A stretch of DNA of 64,000 bases, taken from contig NC_135816.1 in the NCBI RefSeq assembly GCF_964213995.1, positions 20,522,001-20,586,000 on the forward strand. Reading direction: 5' to 3'. Under the pieces are notes generated by a model that was not told the origin of the DNA, made no database searches, and worked only from the letters and a program-made list of their open reading frames with translations. Positions within the stretch are counted from its first letter, which is position 1; the number at the start of each line of letters is the position of its first letter. Both the position numbers and the translations under genes were made by a program. The DNA comes from Mustelus asterias. Taxonomy: Eukaryota. Below, piece after piece: positions 51,501-64,000 of the stretch.

Positions 51501-51724
51501 TGTGATCTATGCTTTGCCGAAAGCAATCTCCTAGGTCCTCATTTGACTCCATCTTCTCGTTTTTCTCTACATTCCGATCAATGATTTTTTTTTGTTGAAA
51601 ATGATTACTTAATTAATATCCAAACCACAGGAAAAAAGATAACCTTGTGTGTTTGAATATTCTGCTCAGTGCTCAGCATCTAACAAACCTGGGATATCAT
51701 TCATAAGAACAAACTTTTTTTTGT

Positions 51725-52120
51725 AAAAATAAAATACTGCAGATGCTGCAAATCTGAAACGAAAACAGAATATTCCGGAGGTATTCAGCAGGTCAGACAG
51801 CATCAGTCAAGAGAGGCGCGTTTAATGGGCACTATCATACCAGCCGTTCACGGGAATTCGGCACCCAGGCAAATCTCCATTCACGGTAGCGATGGGATGG
51901 GGAAAATCCCGCCGGCGTGAACGGCCCTAACATTCCCGCCCACATTTCAGGTCTACGATCCATCAGAACTGGGAAAAGTTAGAAATGTAAATAGGTTTAA
52001 AGTAAGTCAAAGGTGGGGGTGGGGGAATTAAAAAAGAAAAGGATAGGCTGGAGGGCAAAGAGCCTAAATGACGATATAAGGGCAGACTGAGTTGTAATGG
52101 CACGAGTAAACCAGAAAATG
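51725..52120 (-). mobile_element. PLE terminal fragment with a nested MITE (~51826-51941)
   Basis: aaatactgcagatgctg.aaatctgaaa..cagcaggtcagacagcatc; hammerhead remnant CTGATG..GAAA on the minus strand at ~51945-51970. Confidence 0.6.
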
Positions 52121-52136
52121 TGTCTGGAACCTTTTT

Positions 52137-52473
52137 GTTTATATTCCCGATGGTAGGGGAGTCCAGAACTAGGGGTCATAGTTTCAGGATAAGAGGTAAA
52201 CCTTTTAGGACTGAGGTGAGGAGAAATTTCTTCACCCAGAGGGTGGCGAATGTGTGGAATTCACTGCCACAGAAAGTAGTTGAGGCCAAAATGTTGTCTG
52301 ATTTCAAGAAGATATTAGATATGGCTCTTGGGGCTAAAGGGATCAAGGGGTATGGAGGGAAGGTGGGATCAGGATTATTGAGGATGATGATAAGCCATGA
52401 TCAAAATGAATGGCAGAGCAGGCTCGAAGGGCTGAATGGCCTCCTCCTGCTTCTATGTTTTCCATGTTTCTAT
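52137..52473 (+). mobile_element. CR1 LINE 3' end
   Basis: FPMVGESRTRGHS.RIRGKPFRTEVRRNFFTQRV.NVWNSLP in ORF 52120. Confidence 0.92.
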
Positions 52474-52876
52474 ATGCTGCGCTGCCACATCTCTCAAATG
52501 CCCCAACAGGTTTCACAGGACAGAAAATTTCTCAGAATTTTGCAATGCCATCTTCTGTGAGCAAACACAGCAGCCACTTTTGGCACAGCAGAGTCTCATA
52601 AAACACAATTTGTTCATCAGTTTTTGGTTGTACTTGTTCAGAAAAATGCTAAAAATTACCCCGCTCTTCTTCAGTTGTATCTGGAATCTTGAACACCTGA
52701 TAGCGAAAATATGTTGATTCTGCCTTTGCTGACACTGGCGTGGAAAGGATGTTATTTTTAACCACATAAATGTTGGCCTCAATTACAACCCCAAGTTCTG
52801 AAGTGGAAGCTGAGCATACAACTATTTAACTCCAAGATCATGGTAACTGAGTCAAGTTTACAGTTAGGTAAACATT

Positions 52877-53186
52877 GGGTAGCACGGTGGCACAGTGGTT
52901 AGCCCTGCTGCCTCACAGCGCCACAGACCCGGGTTCAATTCCCAGCTTGGGTCGCTGTCTGTGTAGAGTTTACACAATCTCCCCATGTCTGCGTGGGTTT
53001 CCTCCGGGTGCTCCGGTTTCCTCCCATAATTCAAAGATGTGCGGGTTGCGTGCATTAGCCATGCTAAATTGTCCCTTAGTGTCAGGGGGACTAGCAAGGG
53101 TTATGGGGATAGGGCCTAGGTAGGATTGTGGTCGGTGCTGACTCGATGGGTCGAATGGCCTCCTTCTGCACTATAGGATTCTATGA
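52877..53186 (+). mobile_element. HE1-like V-SINE
   Basis: Full element. Confidence 0.9.
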
Positions 53187-53272
53187 TGCAGTTTGAAGCA
53201 TTTTTTTAACTGAATGGCAGATAATTTATTATTAGTATTCACTCTGATGTTAAAATAGGCATTCACACTGGA

Positions 53273-53341
53273 CACATGAATGAATTACTTCTTGTCGTAC
53301 CTTCTTGTAACACCTTGGCACATGAATGAATTACTTCTTGT
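53273..53341. repeat. 23-bp direct repeat with a 23-bp spacer
   Basis: cacatgaatgaattacttcttgt at 53273-53295 and 53319-53341. Confidence 0.9.
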
Positions 53342-53610
53342 AGTATAGAAGCTGCTGCCTAGACCACAACCATACTTGAAGATGGTAGACCATTAAGAGA
53401 GATGTGACCATTTGCCATCTACCATGACAGAACTGGAAAGTAATCTAACAATTGACAAGCGGCCAGTTTCATACTTACTGTTAGGTGAACAGAGGCATTT
53501 GGAGTAAGGTACCTAAGGTTTCACCCTCACTAACAATTGAATCCTGATCTTTATTGTAGAATCATAACACAGAGCTAAATCAAATTTTTCATCGGTATAA
53601 GCCAAACTCA

Positions 53611-54110
53611 AGTGTACCATAGAAAGCATCCTCTCCGGATGTATCACAGCTTGGTATGGCTCCTGCTCTGACCAAGGCCGCAAGAAACTACAAAGGGTTG
53701 TGAATGTGGCCCAGTTCATCATGCAAACCAGCCTCCCATCCATTGAATCCATCTACACTTCCTGCTGCCTCAGAAAAGCAGCCAGCATAATCAAGGACCC
53801 AACGCACCGAGGACGTACTATCTTCCACCCTCTTCCACTGGGAAAAAGATACAAAAGTCTGAGGTCACGCACCAATTGACTCAAGAACAGCTTCATCCCT
53901 GCTGCCATCAGACTTTCCACAGACCTACCTTATATTAAGTTGATCTTTCTCTACACCCTATTTGTAACTGTAACATTACATTCTACACCCTCTCCTTTCC
54001 TTCTCCCCTATGTACTCTCTGAATGGTATGCTTTGTCTGTATTGGTTGTAAGAAACAATACTTTTCACTGTATCCCAATACATGTGACAATAATAAATCA
54101 AATCAAATCA
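53611..54110 (+). mobile_element. Rex1/Babar-like LINE 3' fragment
   Basis: Translation TIESILSGCITAWYGSC..RKKLQRVV..SIIKDPTH..LPLGKRYKSLRSRT..KNSFIPAAIRL; tail gtgacaataataaatcaaatcaaatca. Confidence 0.85.
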
Positions 54111-55019
54111 TTATTCTGCCAACCAGGTCATAATTTAGAAACTCAAGTTGGCGGTTCCTTCATTGTATTTTTCTTTGACAGAATACCTTACAAATGGCAT
54201 AGGGATAAGAATCGGAGATTCTAGCCAAAGGAATTCCCAATCATTCTCTCATCGTGAGGTGTGGGAAGCTTGAGGCAAATGTTTCTTAAACAACACAGTT
54301 CACTAGAGGGATTGAAATCTACTCTTGTCCACTTGATCATTAAGCTGTTTGGCTGGAGAATAGTGGATCTCATGTTGGGTGGAGGAGGAATGGGAGGAAA
54401 AAAAGTTAACTAATTGTGCGAAGGGAATCTATTTCCATACAATGATACATTGAGCTATGGGTATAGTCCCATTGCTTTCTTCAAGTATTTTCATGTCAAC
54501 TGCAGGAACACATTTATAATACAGAGCAGATGTGATCTGTATCACTTTCCCACCTCTCCTCTTGGTCTATTAGCATGAAAATATTTGCAAAATGAGTATC
54601 ATTCACAATTGATTCATTTTATCATAGACATTATTCATTTTGAAGGTTAATGCAGAAATAATAATTCAGCACAAAGAATTGTTGGTGTTTGACACAATTT
54701 ATTAAAATTGCAACATGAATTCCCATCGAGAATAAATAAATTATAAACTTCAAAAGGGACAGCCAGAACAACTAAATTACAAAGGGATTGGATAGGATCC
54801 CAGTGAAACTGAATTTTAACCGTAAATATGAAAGGGAATTGAATAAATATTAAGAGTAAAGTGATGTAGTGCGAGGAAGACATTGCATGCTTTAGCTTGA
54901 AAAATTCACACAATTACACCTCTTTCTCCCAAGGGTCTACAGTGTAATATCTTATTGTTAATATGTTTTAAAGGATTATTGTCATTCATGACAAAATCAT
55001 TCAATAAGATCTCCCTTCC

Positions 55020-56185
55020 TGATATATATTAATGACCCAGGTTATGTTGTACAGGGCACAATTTCAAAATTTGCGGATGATACGCAAGTTGGAAGTGTTG
55101 TGAACTGTGAAGGGTTACACTTCAAAAGGGCACACACTTGCTGGTGGAATGGGCGGACAAGTGGCAGATGAAATTCATTGCAGAGAATTGTGAAGTGATT
55201 CACTTTTGATTGGAAGGATGCCGAGACTATACAAAGTAAAGGGCACAATTCTATCTGATTAACCTGATTGAGCTCTTCGATGAAATAACATGAAAACATC
55301 GAAGCATAGAAGATAGGAGGAGGAGGAGGCCATTTGGCCCTTCGAGCCTGCTCCGCCATTCATTATGATCATGGCTGGTCATCCAACTCAATAGCCTAAT
55401 CCTGCTTTTTCCCCATAACCTTTGATCCCATTCGCCCCACGTGCTATATCCAGCTGCCTCTTGAGTACATTCAGTGTTTTGGCATCAACACAGAGCGTGT
55501 TGTTTTCTTAATTCCTTCACTGGATGTGGGTGTTGCTGGCTAGGCCAGCATTTATTACCCATTCCTAATTGCCCTTCAGAAGTTGGTGGTGACCTGCCTT
55601 CTTCAACCGCTGCAGTCCATGTGGTGGAGGTACATGATGAAGGAAGTGCATTAGATATTTTATATCAGACTTCCAAATGAGATTTGATATGATCATAAAA
55701 AATAGGACCATGAAAAGGCCATTCAGCCCTTTGTACCTGCTCCTCCATTTCTTAATATCATGGCAGATTTAACACTCACTAAACTCTACTTTCCTGCCTT
55801 CTCTCCATATCCCTTAATTCACCAACTGATTAAAAACCTATTGGTCTCAGCCTTGGAAATGTTCAAGGTCTCGGCCTCCACAGCTTCCTGGGGTAAAGAA
55901 TTCCAAAGATCCACCACACTCTGAGAGAAGAAATTCTTCCTCAGATACATCTTAAATGATGCGACTGATGCTGTAGCTATGCCCTCTGGTTCTACACTCT
56001 CCCATGAGTGGAGACATCCTCTCAACTTTTACACTGTCTAAACCCCTAAGAATCTTATATGTTTCAATCATATCACCTCTCATTCTTCTCAACTCCCAGA
56101 AGTACAACCCAATCTTTCCTCATACGGCAGTCCCTCCACACCCAGGATCATCCCGATAAACCTCCTTTGTACTGCCTCAAATGAT
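55020..56185. mobile_element. Mosaic of CR1 fragments on both strands and a LINE/SINE-B tail
   Basis: KFADDTQVG at ~55065 (+); CR1 3' ends at 55290-55490(-) and 55700-56185(-). Confidence 0.75.
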
Positions 56186-56189
56186 AATA

Positions 56190-56508
56190 TAGAATATCTA
56201 CAGTGCAGAAGGAGGCCATTCAGCCCATTGAGTCTGCATCAACCACAATCCCACCCAGGCCCTGTTCCCGTAATCCCACATATTTACCTTGCTAATCCCC
56301 TGACACGAGAGTCAATTTAGCATAGTCAGTACACTTAACCTGCACATCTTTGGAGTGTGGGAGGAAGCTGGAGCACCTGGAGGAAATCCACGCTGACTTG
56401 GGGATAAGGTGCAAACTCTACACAGACAGTGATCCGAAGCTGGAATTGAACCCGGGTCCTTGACGCGGTGAGGCAGCAGTGTGAACCGCTGTGCCACTGT
56501 GCTGCCCC
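56190..56508 (-). mobile_element. HE1-like V-SINE
   Basis: Full element, reverse complement. Confidence 0.88.
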
Positions 56509-56957
56509 TTATTCTTCGTTAAATAAGGGAAACACAACTGTACCACACAACATTCTTAGGGCCATATTTTTGTGGAGAAGACAGGGAGTTCAAGTTAGGA
56601 AACTTCTTGACTTGCCAGTCTATCGCCTTTGAAAAGGCCCCCACCCACCATATTTTCATCCTAGGGAGCTGGGAATGGGATGGAACCAGGTCTACTGCCT
56701 TTGAGATGAAGTCTGAGTAGCAAAAAAAGCAGGCGGATGGTGAGACTGGCAGACACACTTCCATTGACTGGGACTTCAGTTGAAATGAAGAATATCAGGC
56801 TCTCAAACCCTCAAGCCTCTCTGCTCACCTGCCCACATCCCCTTCATGCCCCTTCATAGCCCCCAATGTCCCTCATGCTCTTACCCCCTTGTGTTCTCTC
56901 AACAGAACCTCTTTCCTAATTTTATCTAAGTCATTAGTACTTATGTGGACCATGACC

Positions 56958-57173
56958 ATTCTTTACGCAGAGAGTGGTTGGGATGTGGAATGGACTGCCT
57001 GCAGTGATAGTGAAGTCAGACACTTTAGGAACATTTAAGCGGTTGTTGGATAGGCATATGGAGCACACCAGGATGATAGGGAGTGCGATAGCTTGATCTT
57101 GGTTTGAGATAAAGCTCGGCACAACATCGTGGGCTGAAGGGCCTGTTCTGTGCTGTACTGTTCTATGTTCTAT
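56958..57173 (+). mobile_element. CR1 LINE 3' end
   Basis: FFTQRVVGMWNGLP..FKRLLDRHM; tail ttctatgttctatg. Confidence 0.9.
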
Positions 57174-57505
57174 GACTGCTGGATCCTGCCCCTCCCATTG
57201 CAGGTTCTTCTACAGCCCAGAGCAGGTGTACTGAGCCCTGAAACTGGGCAGGCAGCACAGCTGTCAGGACTCAAGGAAAATACAGGCTAGATACAGAAGC
57301 TTAGAGTAAGCAACAGTATACTTGCTGCATCTATTTCTGTTACCTGAAGATAATATTAGTGGATCTACACCATTCCAGATCATCGCAAGCAGAGTTGAGG
57401 AGGTTCTATAGATGTGTGCCGAATTGTGGTGAAGCCCATGCCCGTGGAATTTGAGTTGGTTGTGCACGGATCAGGCAAAATCATGGAAGATGAGGAATTT
57501 TTTGT

Positions 57506-57571
57506 GATTATCTGGTGCGGTTGAAAGTGAATGGCCAGACCTCCATTCACTTTCAACCGCACTGGATAATC
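57506..57571 (+). repeat. 29-bp stem, 8-nt loop hairpin inside a MITE-like element
   Basis: gattatctggtgcggttgaaagtgaatgg-ccagacct-ccattcactttcaaccgcactggataatc. Confidence 0.95.
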
Positions 57572-59171
57572 CCAGCCGCGAATGAGGATGGAAGATTTTG
57601 GCCTATAATTCTCAGTGAATCACAAAACCAAAACGTTGAGTTGTAGAATGATGATCAAATGAAGGGACTATCTCTCTGTCTTGAAATAATGATGGCGACC
57701 TATAGGTTATCATTCCTCACCTCAGTATTTTAATGAAAGTACTGATACTATGAACATTTCTCATTGACCAAGGTATAGGTCGTACATTCAGTGCTCATCC
57801 TACTCAAGAAATGTTTAAAGGAAAAATGTTTTTGCCTGCAATGAATTTTCAGTATAAAAGTGCTTGGTTAGACACACTGGCACACCATGGTAGGATAATC
57901 TCACTGACACTAGGAAAGTAGTCATGAATGTATTCTGCCAGAATAGGAGCTAATGTTGCCTTGCCTCTAACACAGAGTTGAGAAGAATGGTTGTGTTTTT
58001 TTTTAAATTTGCTCATGAAATGTGGGCATCACTGGCAAGGCCAACAGTTTATTGCCCATCCCCAGTTGCCCTTGAGAAGGTTGGCAGCATGTTGACCTGC
58101 CAGCTATCTCATCCTCTGAGTCAGACCCAGCAGGAACCTATTCTCATTCTGCTGACAGTAGACAGATTCAGGTCTGGATTTTCTGCCAGTGCCATACAAA
58201 CTAGGCCTCAGGAGTGTCTGGTGGGGGGTGCGGGGGGGGGGGGGGGGGGGGGTGGTTGATGAGAAGTCATTACAAAAATCTTTAATAAATGTAAGATATT
58301 GACTTTTCTGATGCAGTGTCATTTTCCACATCTTGAACAACTGGTGGAAGGTTCACACAACAACTTTTCAAGGCTGACAGTGGCCCCTTCAGTACAGCAA
58401 GTCATAAATAAGATATTGCATCTTGCACAGCAGTGAGAAATATAAAACTGTATGAGCTTTTTTTTTGCTTTCAATCTATGGCTGGTAATCTAGTGCTGCA
58501 ATGTAATACTCTTGAACCAGTCTGTATGCTGAATAGATGCCATTACTTCATTCTCCCTGAAGGAAAATGGCAACTATAGTATGTAAAATATGCATGTAGG
58601 TATCAGGAATGTGTGTGTGTGGGGGGAGGGGGGGGGGTGATATTTCTGTTATCTGATCAAAATAAATATAATTCTTATCGAAAACAAGAGTAGTATGCAT
58701 CACCGGTGTGACAATATCATTGCATCACTAATGAGACATGGTCTGCACAATTTTAACATCTTCCCACAGGATATGGAGATAAAATTGATCTTTGGAGTCA
58801 GTGCAAAATGATGGACAGCAAACTGGAATCTCGTTCCATGCCCTGCACTAGTTTTCGTTTGCATTGAAGTCAAATAAAAGGAAATCGAGTGGGGTGTAAT
58901 TTGTGTTACCAATTCAGCATCACCTATTCTGAGCTACTGCCCAAAAACAATTTCATCTCCTTTAAAGGAAAGCGTGTGAGAGAGTTTGATGCTGCTGTCG
59001 GCGACCTTCCTCCCGTACTGTAGACTTACACTGACAACAAAAGTTTAACGGGGAAATTCTCCCGTCGCACCCGCCACGAGAATCGTAGTGGGCGGGAGGG
59101 CGGACCACGGAAAGGTCCATTGACCTCAGGTGGAATTCTCCGGTTTTTGGGCGAGCGCGGCCGGAGAATAT

Positions 59172-59452
59172 ATATTAGTGTCACAAGTAGGCTCACATTA
59201 ACACTGCAATGAAGTTACTGTGAAAATCCCCTGGTCACCACGTGCCTGTTTGGGTACACTGACGGAGAATTTAGCATGGCCAATGTACCTAACCAGCACT
59301 TTCAGACTGTGGGAGGAAACCGGAGCACCCGGAGGAAGTCCACACAGACATGGCAAGAAAGTGTAGACTCTGCACAGGCAGTGACCCTGAGCCACAAATC
59401 GAACCCGGACCCCTGGCGCTGTGAGGCAGCAATGCTAACCACTGTGCCACCA
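59172..59452 (-). mobile_element. V-SINE, tail 2
   Basis: Reverse-complement element. Confidence 0.88.
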
Positions 59453-60148
59453 TGCATTATCAGCGGCAACTGATTTTCATGAGAAAATTGCTTAACCAGA
59501 TGACACTGCAAGGCTAAAGTTTCTCAGACCCTCTGCTGGACTCTGGGATCTGGAATGTGTCATCTACTTTCTTACACCTCAATTTTGGGCCAGTTTTATT
59601 GCTTTATCACTCATTTATTGTCACCTGTCTCACACAAACATCCCTCTTCAGAAGGCATAAACTGCTTTCTTAGTTTTATCCCCTGTGAGTGGGGCAGCCT
59701 CTGGCCATTTTTCACATCCGTCTTGGTTAAGTATATTCTACCATGGCAGACTTTACTGTTGAGTATAATTTCATTGTTATTTGACATTTCAGTTAATTAA
59801 AAGTCAGGCAAGATATTTACAAGGAAATCTCCTGCCTAATTACTGCCTCCCACTCTCCCTCAGCTATATTTCTCTATGATGACCACCACTTGGAAGAAAT
59901 ACTAAGGGTAGCAATGACGCAGAATGCATTTTGTCTGGTGGACTTCTGTGTTCATTACCAAAGGTGGATCTGGGGCATTAATGCTGGATGAATTCTTAAG
60001 GACTTTGAAGACAGACTGTCCCTGTGACAGATGGTGAGAGAACCAACATGGGGGAAACCTATTTGATCTTCTCCTCACCAAACTATTTATCACAAATGCA
60101 TCTGTCCATGATAATATTTGTAAGAGTGACTTCTACATAGCCCTTGTG

Positions 60149-60917
60149 TGAGGTTATGCACTTTGAAAGGAGGAATGGAGGCATAGACTATTTTATAAAT
60201 GGGAAAATGCTTCGGAAATCAGACACACAAAGGGACTTCGGATTCTCTTAAGGTTAACGTGCAGGTTCAGTCGGCAGTTAGGAAGGCAAATACAATGTTA
60301 GCATTCATGTCAAGAGGGCTAGAATACAAGAACAGGGATGCACTTCTGAGGCTGTATAAGGCTCTGGTCAGACCCCATTTGGAGTATTGTGAGCAGTTTT
60401 GGGCCCCGTATCTAAGGAAGGATGTGCTGGCCTTGGAAAGGGTCCAGAGGAGTTTCACAAGAATGATCCCTGGAATGAAGAGCTTGTCGTATGAGGAATG
60501 GTTGAGGACTCTGGGTCTGTACTCGTTGGAGTTTAGAAGGATGAGGGGGAATCTTATTGAAACTTATAGGATACTGCGAGGCCTGGATAGAGTGGACGTG
60601 GAGAGGATGTTTCCACTAGTAGGAAAAACTAGAACCAGAGGGCACAACCTCAGGCTAAAGGGACGATCCTTTAAATCAGAGATGAGGAGGAATTTCCTCA
60701 GCCAGAGAGTGGTGAATCTGTGGAACTCTGTGCTGCAGAAAGCTGTGGAGGCCAAGTCATTGAGTGTCTTTAAGACAGAGATAGATAGGTTCTTGATTAA
60801 TAAGGGGATCAAGGATTATGGGGAAAAGGCAGGAGAATGGGGATGAGAAAAATATCAGCCATGATTGATATCGATGGGTTGAGTGGCCTAATTCTGCTCC
60901 TATGTCTTATGGTCTAT
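60149..60917 (+). mobile_element. CR1 LINE 3' fragment nested in the older LINE
   Basis: ORF 60199..60846 LYKALVRPHLEYCEQFWAP..LEFRRMRGNLIETY..FLSQRVVNLWNS. Confidence 0.95.
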
Positions 60918-62224
60918 TGTAGATGAATTCCTGTCTTCGCATTGAAGACATCCCCCATCATGTTTTGCAGCACAACCGTTGTGTCAAGTGAGATGGATTT
61001 AGACTAAATGTAGCAACTTAAAACCCAGCATCCATGAGGTGCTGTGGATCACTAGCAGCAGTGAAATATAATCTATCACAATCTGTAATCTCAGAGCATG
61101 GCATAGCCCCCATTCTGGTACTACCATCAATCCAAGCGATCAATCCTGTCCAATTAGGTATTTAGAGAGCATGCCAGGAGCAGCGCCATACAACCCTAAA
61201 TAATGAGATGCTGACTAGTTAAGCTACAACACAGGGCTATATGCATGTTATACGCCCAAGAAGTTCCATTGACAAAGAGGATCAAATCAAAAATCCTGTC
61301 ACATCAGTCGTGAACGGTGGTGGACAACTAAACAACTGATGGGGGAGGGGGCTCCTTGAAGATCCTACTGTCAATTATGCAGAACCCAGTACATATATGC
61401 AAAAATACAAGTTTGAAATGTTTTCAACCATCTTCAACCAGAAATGTCCAAGTGGATGATCCATCTAAGCCTTCTCCCGAGATCCCCACTGTCACAGATG
61501 CGAGTCTTTAGAGAATTCAATTCACTCCAATTGATATCAAGAAAGGCTGAAGGCACTGGATACTAAAAAGGTTATGGGCCCCAACACTGAAGGCTTGAAC
61601 TCCAGAATTAGCTACATCCCTAGCATGGCTGTTCCAGTTATTAATAACATTGGTATCTACCTGACAATGGGGAAAATTGTCCATTTGTGTCCTGTTCACA
61701 AAAAGCAGCACAAATTCAATCTGGTCATTTACCATCCCATCAGCCTACTCTCAATCATCAAAGCAAAGTGCTGGAAGTTGTTACTGACAGTGTGATCAGG
61801 TGGCATTTAATAATAACCTGTTCATTGATGCTCAGTTTGGCTTCCACCAGGCCCACAACTTCAGACCTCATTTCAGCCTTGTTACAAACATGGTCAAAAA
61901 GTGCTGAACTCCAGAGGTGAGGTGAGTGACTGCCTTTGGCATAATGCCCTTTGACTGAGTAGGAGTCCTAGTAAAATTGAAATTGGGAATCAGGGAATAC
62001 CTGCATTGGCTGGAGTAATACCCAGCACAAAGGAAGATGGTTGTGTCATTGGTGGCCAAACAATCTCAGCCCCCAGGTCATGAGCTGATAAGTGGCAAGA
62101 GTGTCGGACAATGACCATTTCCAACTTGAGAGAGTGTAATTGCTTTCCCTTGACATTCAATGGCATTCAACATTGACATTCAACGGCAGATAAGTGGAGT
62201 TGAGGCCAAGATGAGATCAGCTTG

Positions 62225-62563
62225 GGGGCGGCACGGTAGCACAGTGGTTATCATTGCTGCTTCACAGCTCCAGGGACCTGGGTTCGATTCCCGGCTTGGG
62301 TCACTGTCTGTGTGGAGTTTGCACATTCTCCTCGTGTCTGCGTGGGTTTCCTCCGGGTGCTCCGGTTTCCTCCCACAGTCCAAAGATGTGCGGGTTAGGT
62401 TGATTGGCCATGCTAAAAATTGCCCTTAGTGTCCTGAGATGCGTAGGTTAGAGGGATTAGTGGGTCAATATGTAGGGATATGAGAGTAGGGCCTGGGTGG
62501 GATTGTGGTCGGTGCAGACTCGATGGGCCGAATGGCCTCTTTCTGTACTGTAGGGTTTCTATG
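62225..62563 (+). mobile_element. HE1-like V-SINE (young), nested in a CR1 tail fragment
   Basis: Nearly identical to 38738-39078. Confidence 0.93.
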
Positions 62564-64000
62564 AACATAGCCATGATCATATTAAATGGCGGAGTGGGCT
62601 CAAGGGGCTGAATTGCCTACTCCTGCTCTTAGTTCTTCTGAATCTTATGATTTTTATTACTGTCCAATCCCCAGCCTTCTGGGACTCACCATTGAACAGA
62701 AAATTAACTGAACCAGCCATGTAAATATATGGCTCCAAGAGCAGATCAGAGGCTGGAAATTACATAGTAAGTGACTCACCAAATCCTAGCACTCTGCATC
62801 CAATAGTACTGTGGATGTACCTACTCCACACTAACCATAGCGGTACATGAAGGTAGCTCATCACCACCTGTTCAAGGGCAAATAGCAATGGGAAATAAAT
62901 GCTTCCCTTGCCAATGGCATCCCACAAACAAATGAACCAAACTTAACCTAATAGCAATCAGCAACAGCATTCCCTCCGAATGAAGGCCAGAAAAGACAAC
63001 TTTGTTAGCGTGATCAGCCAACATTGTAGAGATTAACAGTCACTTCTCGGACCTTCCTGTTTAATGTGATTCACCTACTCATTAGCTTAACCAATTCATT
63101 AGTTAGGGGAACTGATAATGGCACTTTAGCTTCTGAGAGTATAACCTGATAGTTCTCATACACGATGGCCAGAAATATTGAAGTACCTTTTCTGTTTTTC
63201 GATGATGCTGGGCCTTCTGAGAATTGGCAGCGTTCTGGTGTGTGTATTTTGAATTTCCGATGACATCTGTTCCATTTATCTAGCCTAATAGTGCATGAAG
63301 CCACAGCAGAATGCTGAACAACTTGCTTGTAGTTTCATCAGAATCTTTGAAAAAGAACATATTTGAGGAAGTGAAAGGCAGAATCAATTGCAGCGCTGCC
63401 CCAGAGGTTGAATATGCTGATAGTTCTGTGGTTCTGCATGAAATAAGTAGTGGAGTGGGTGTGAAACCATGCGACTGCCTTGCGGAGCTGTGATTAAGTG
63501 GATTCAGGACCGAGGAGAGAGGAAGAAAGGACGTTTGCTGGGGGAGGGGTGGAATAAGGAGATATTGACATTGCTGCTAGGAAAGATTGCTCTGAAAGCA
63601 GGGATGTGATGTAATCTAGAGAAGTCTGGAGAAAAATGTTCACCTCAGAGGAATTTAAAACTGAAATGGCAGTCCTCAGGAGAAAATAGATTCTGCATTT
63701 TTCTTTCCTTTGTTGATAACTGAATTGTACCTAAGTACTCATATCGGGACAATGAGCTTGTTTGCCATGTAAAATATTTTTATGAAGTTTCCAATGAAGA
63801 GTTATTGTTTTAAAGTGTAATGGAGCTAAATGACCATTAAGGGAAGTGAATCATCTCTCGTGCACAGCGCTCCATCTCACATTGTGCAGGTTTGTGTATG
63901 GATAATATCGGTTAACATGATCCATAATGAATTCCTCAGGTTACATTTATGCTTTTGAGTATACCAATGAAGCCAATAAACTAACAACTTAACTCATTAA

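Larger units (their letters stand above)
59780..62935 (+). mobile_element. Old CR1/L2-class LINE with nested insertions
   Basis: PVHKKQHKFNLVIYHPISLLSII (the NYRPISLLS motif) in ORF 61574; degenerate AFD motif near 61950; 3' tail caccacctgttcaagggcaa..gggaaataaatgc. Confidence 0.75.

Noticed and set aside
58769-58867. Acceptor followed by GYGDKIDLWS, resembling kinase subdomain IX
   Set aside because: No continuing kinase similarity, an in-frame stop follows, and the sequence resembles the MITE-like element at ~33585-33770
62225-62300. tRNA-like sequences with A and B boxes
   Set aside because: These are SINE heads continuing directly into the V-domain, not tRNA genes

Overview
Repeat-dense, apparently non-coding eukaryotic DNA, very likely a shark (elasmobranch) intron or gene desert. 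The assignment rests on about 25 HE1-like V-SINEs with tRNA-like heads, 3' fragments of CR1/HER1-type LINEs, Penelope-like elements (PLEs), a Rex/Babar LINE end, DeuSINE- and LF-SINE-like relics, short GC-rich TIR elements (MITE-like) and an old Gypsy LTR element with a 5-bp TSD. I found no host protein-coding exon that I can support; nearly all listed ORFs are transposon fragments, their antisense frames, or chance. The most notable signals are: (1) three sequence families of minimal hammerhead-ribozyme motifs in PLE termini, one family occurring as short, mostly fold-back, TSD-flanked insertions; (2) a ~770-bp locally templated insertion with twin-priming geometry inside a SINE, plus a smaller template-switch insertion; (3) V-SINEs with two alternative LINE-derived tails; (4) a 29-bp hairpin inside a MITE. 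All repeat family names come from motif recognition by eye, not from database searches. Boundaries are approximate unless junction sequences are quoted.
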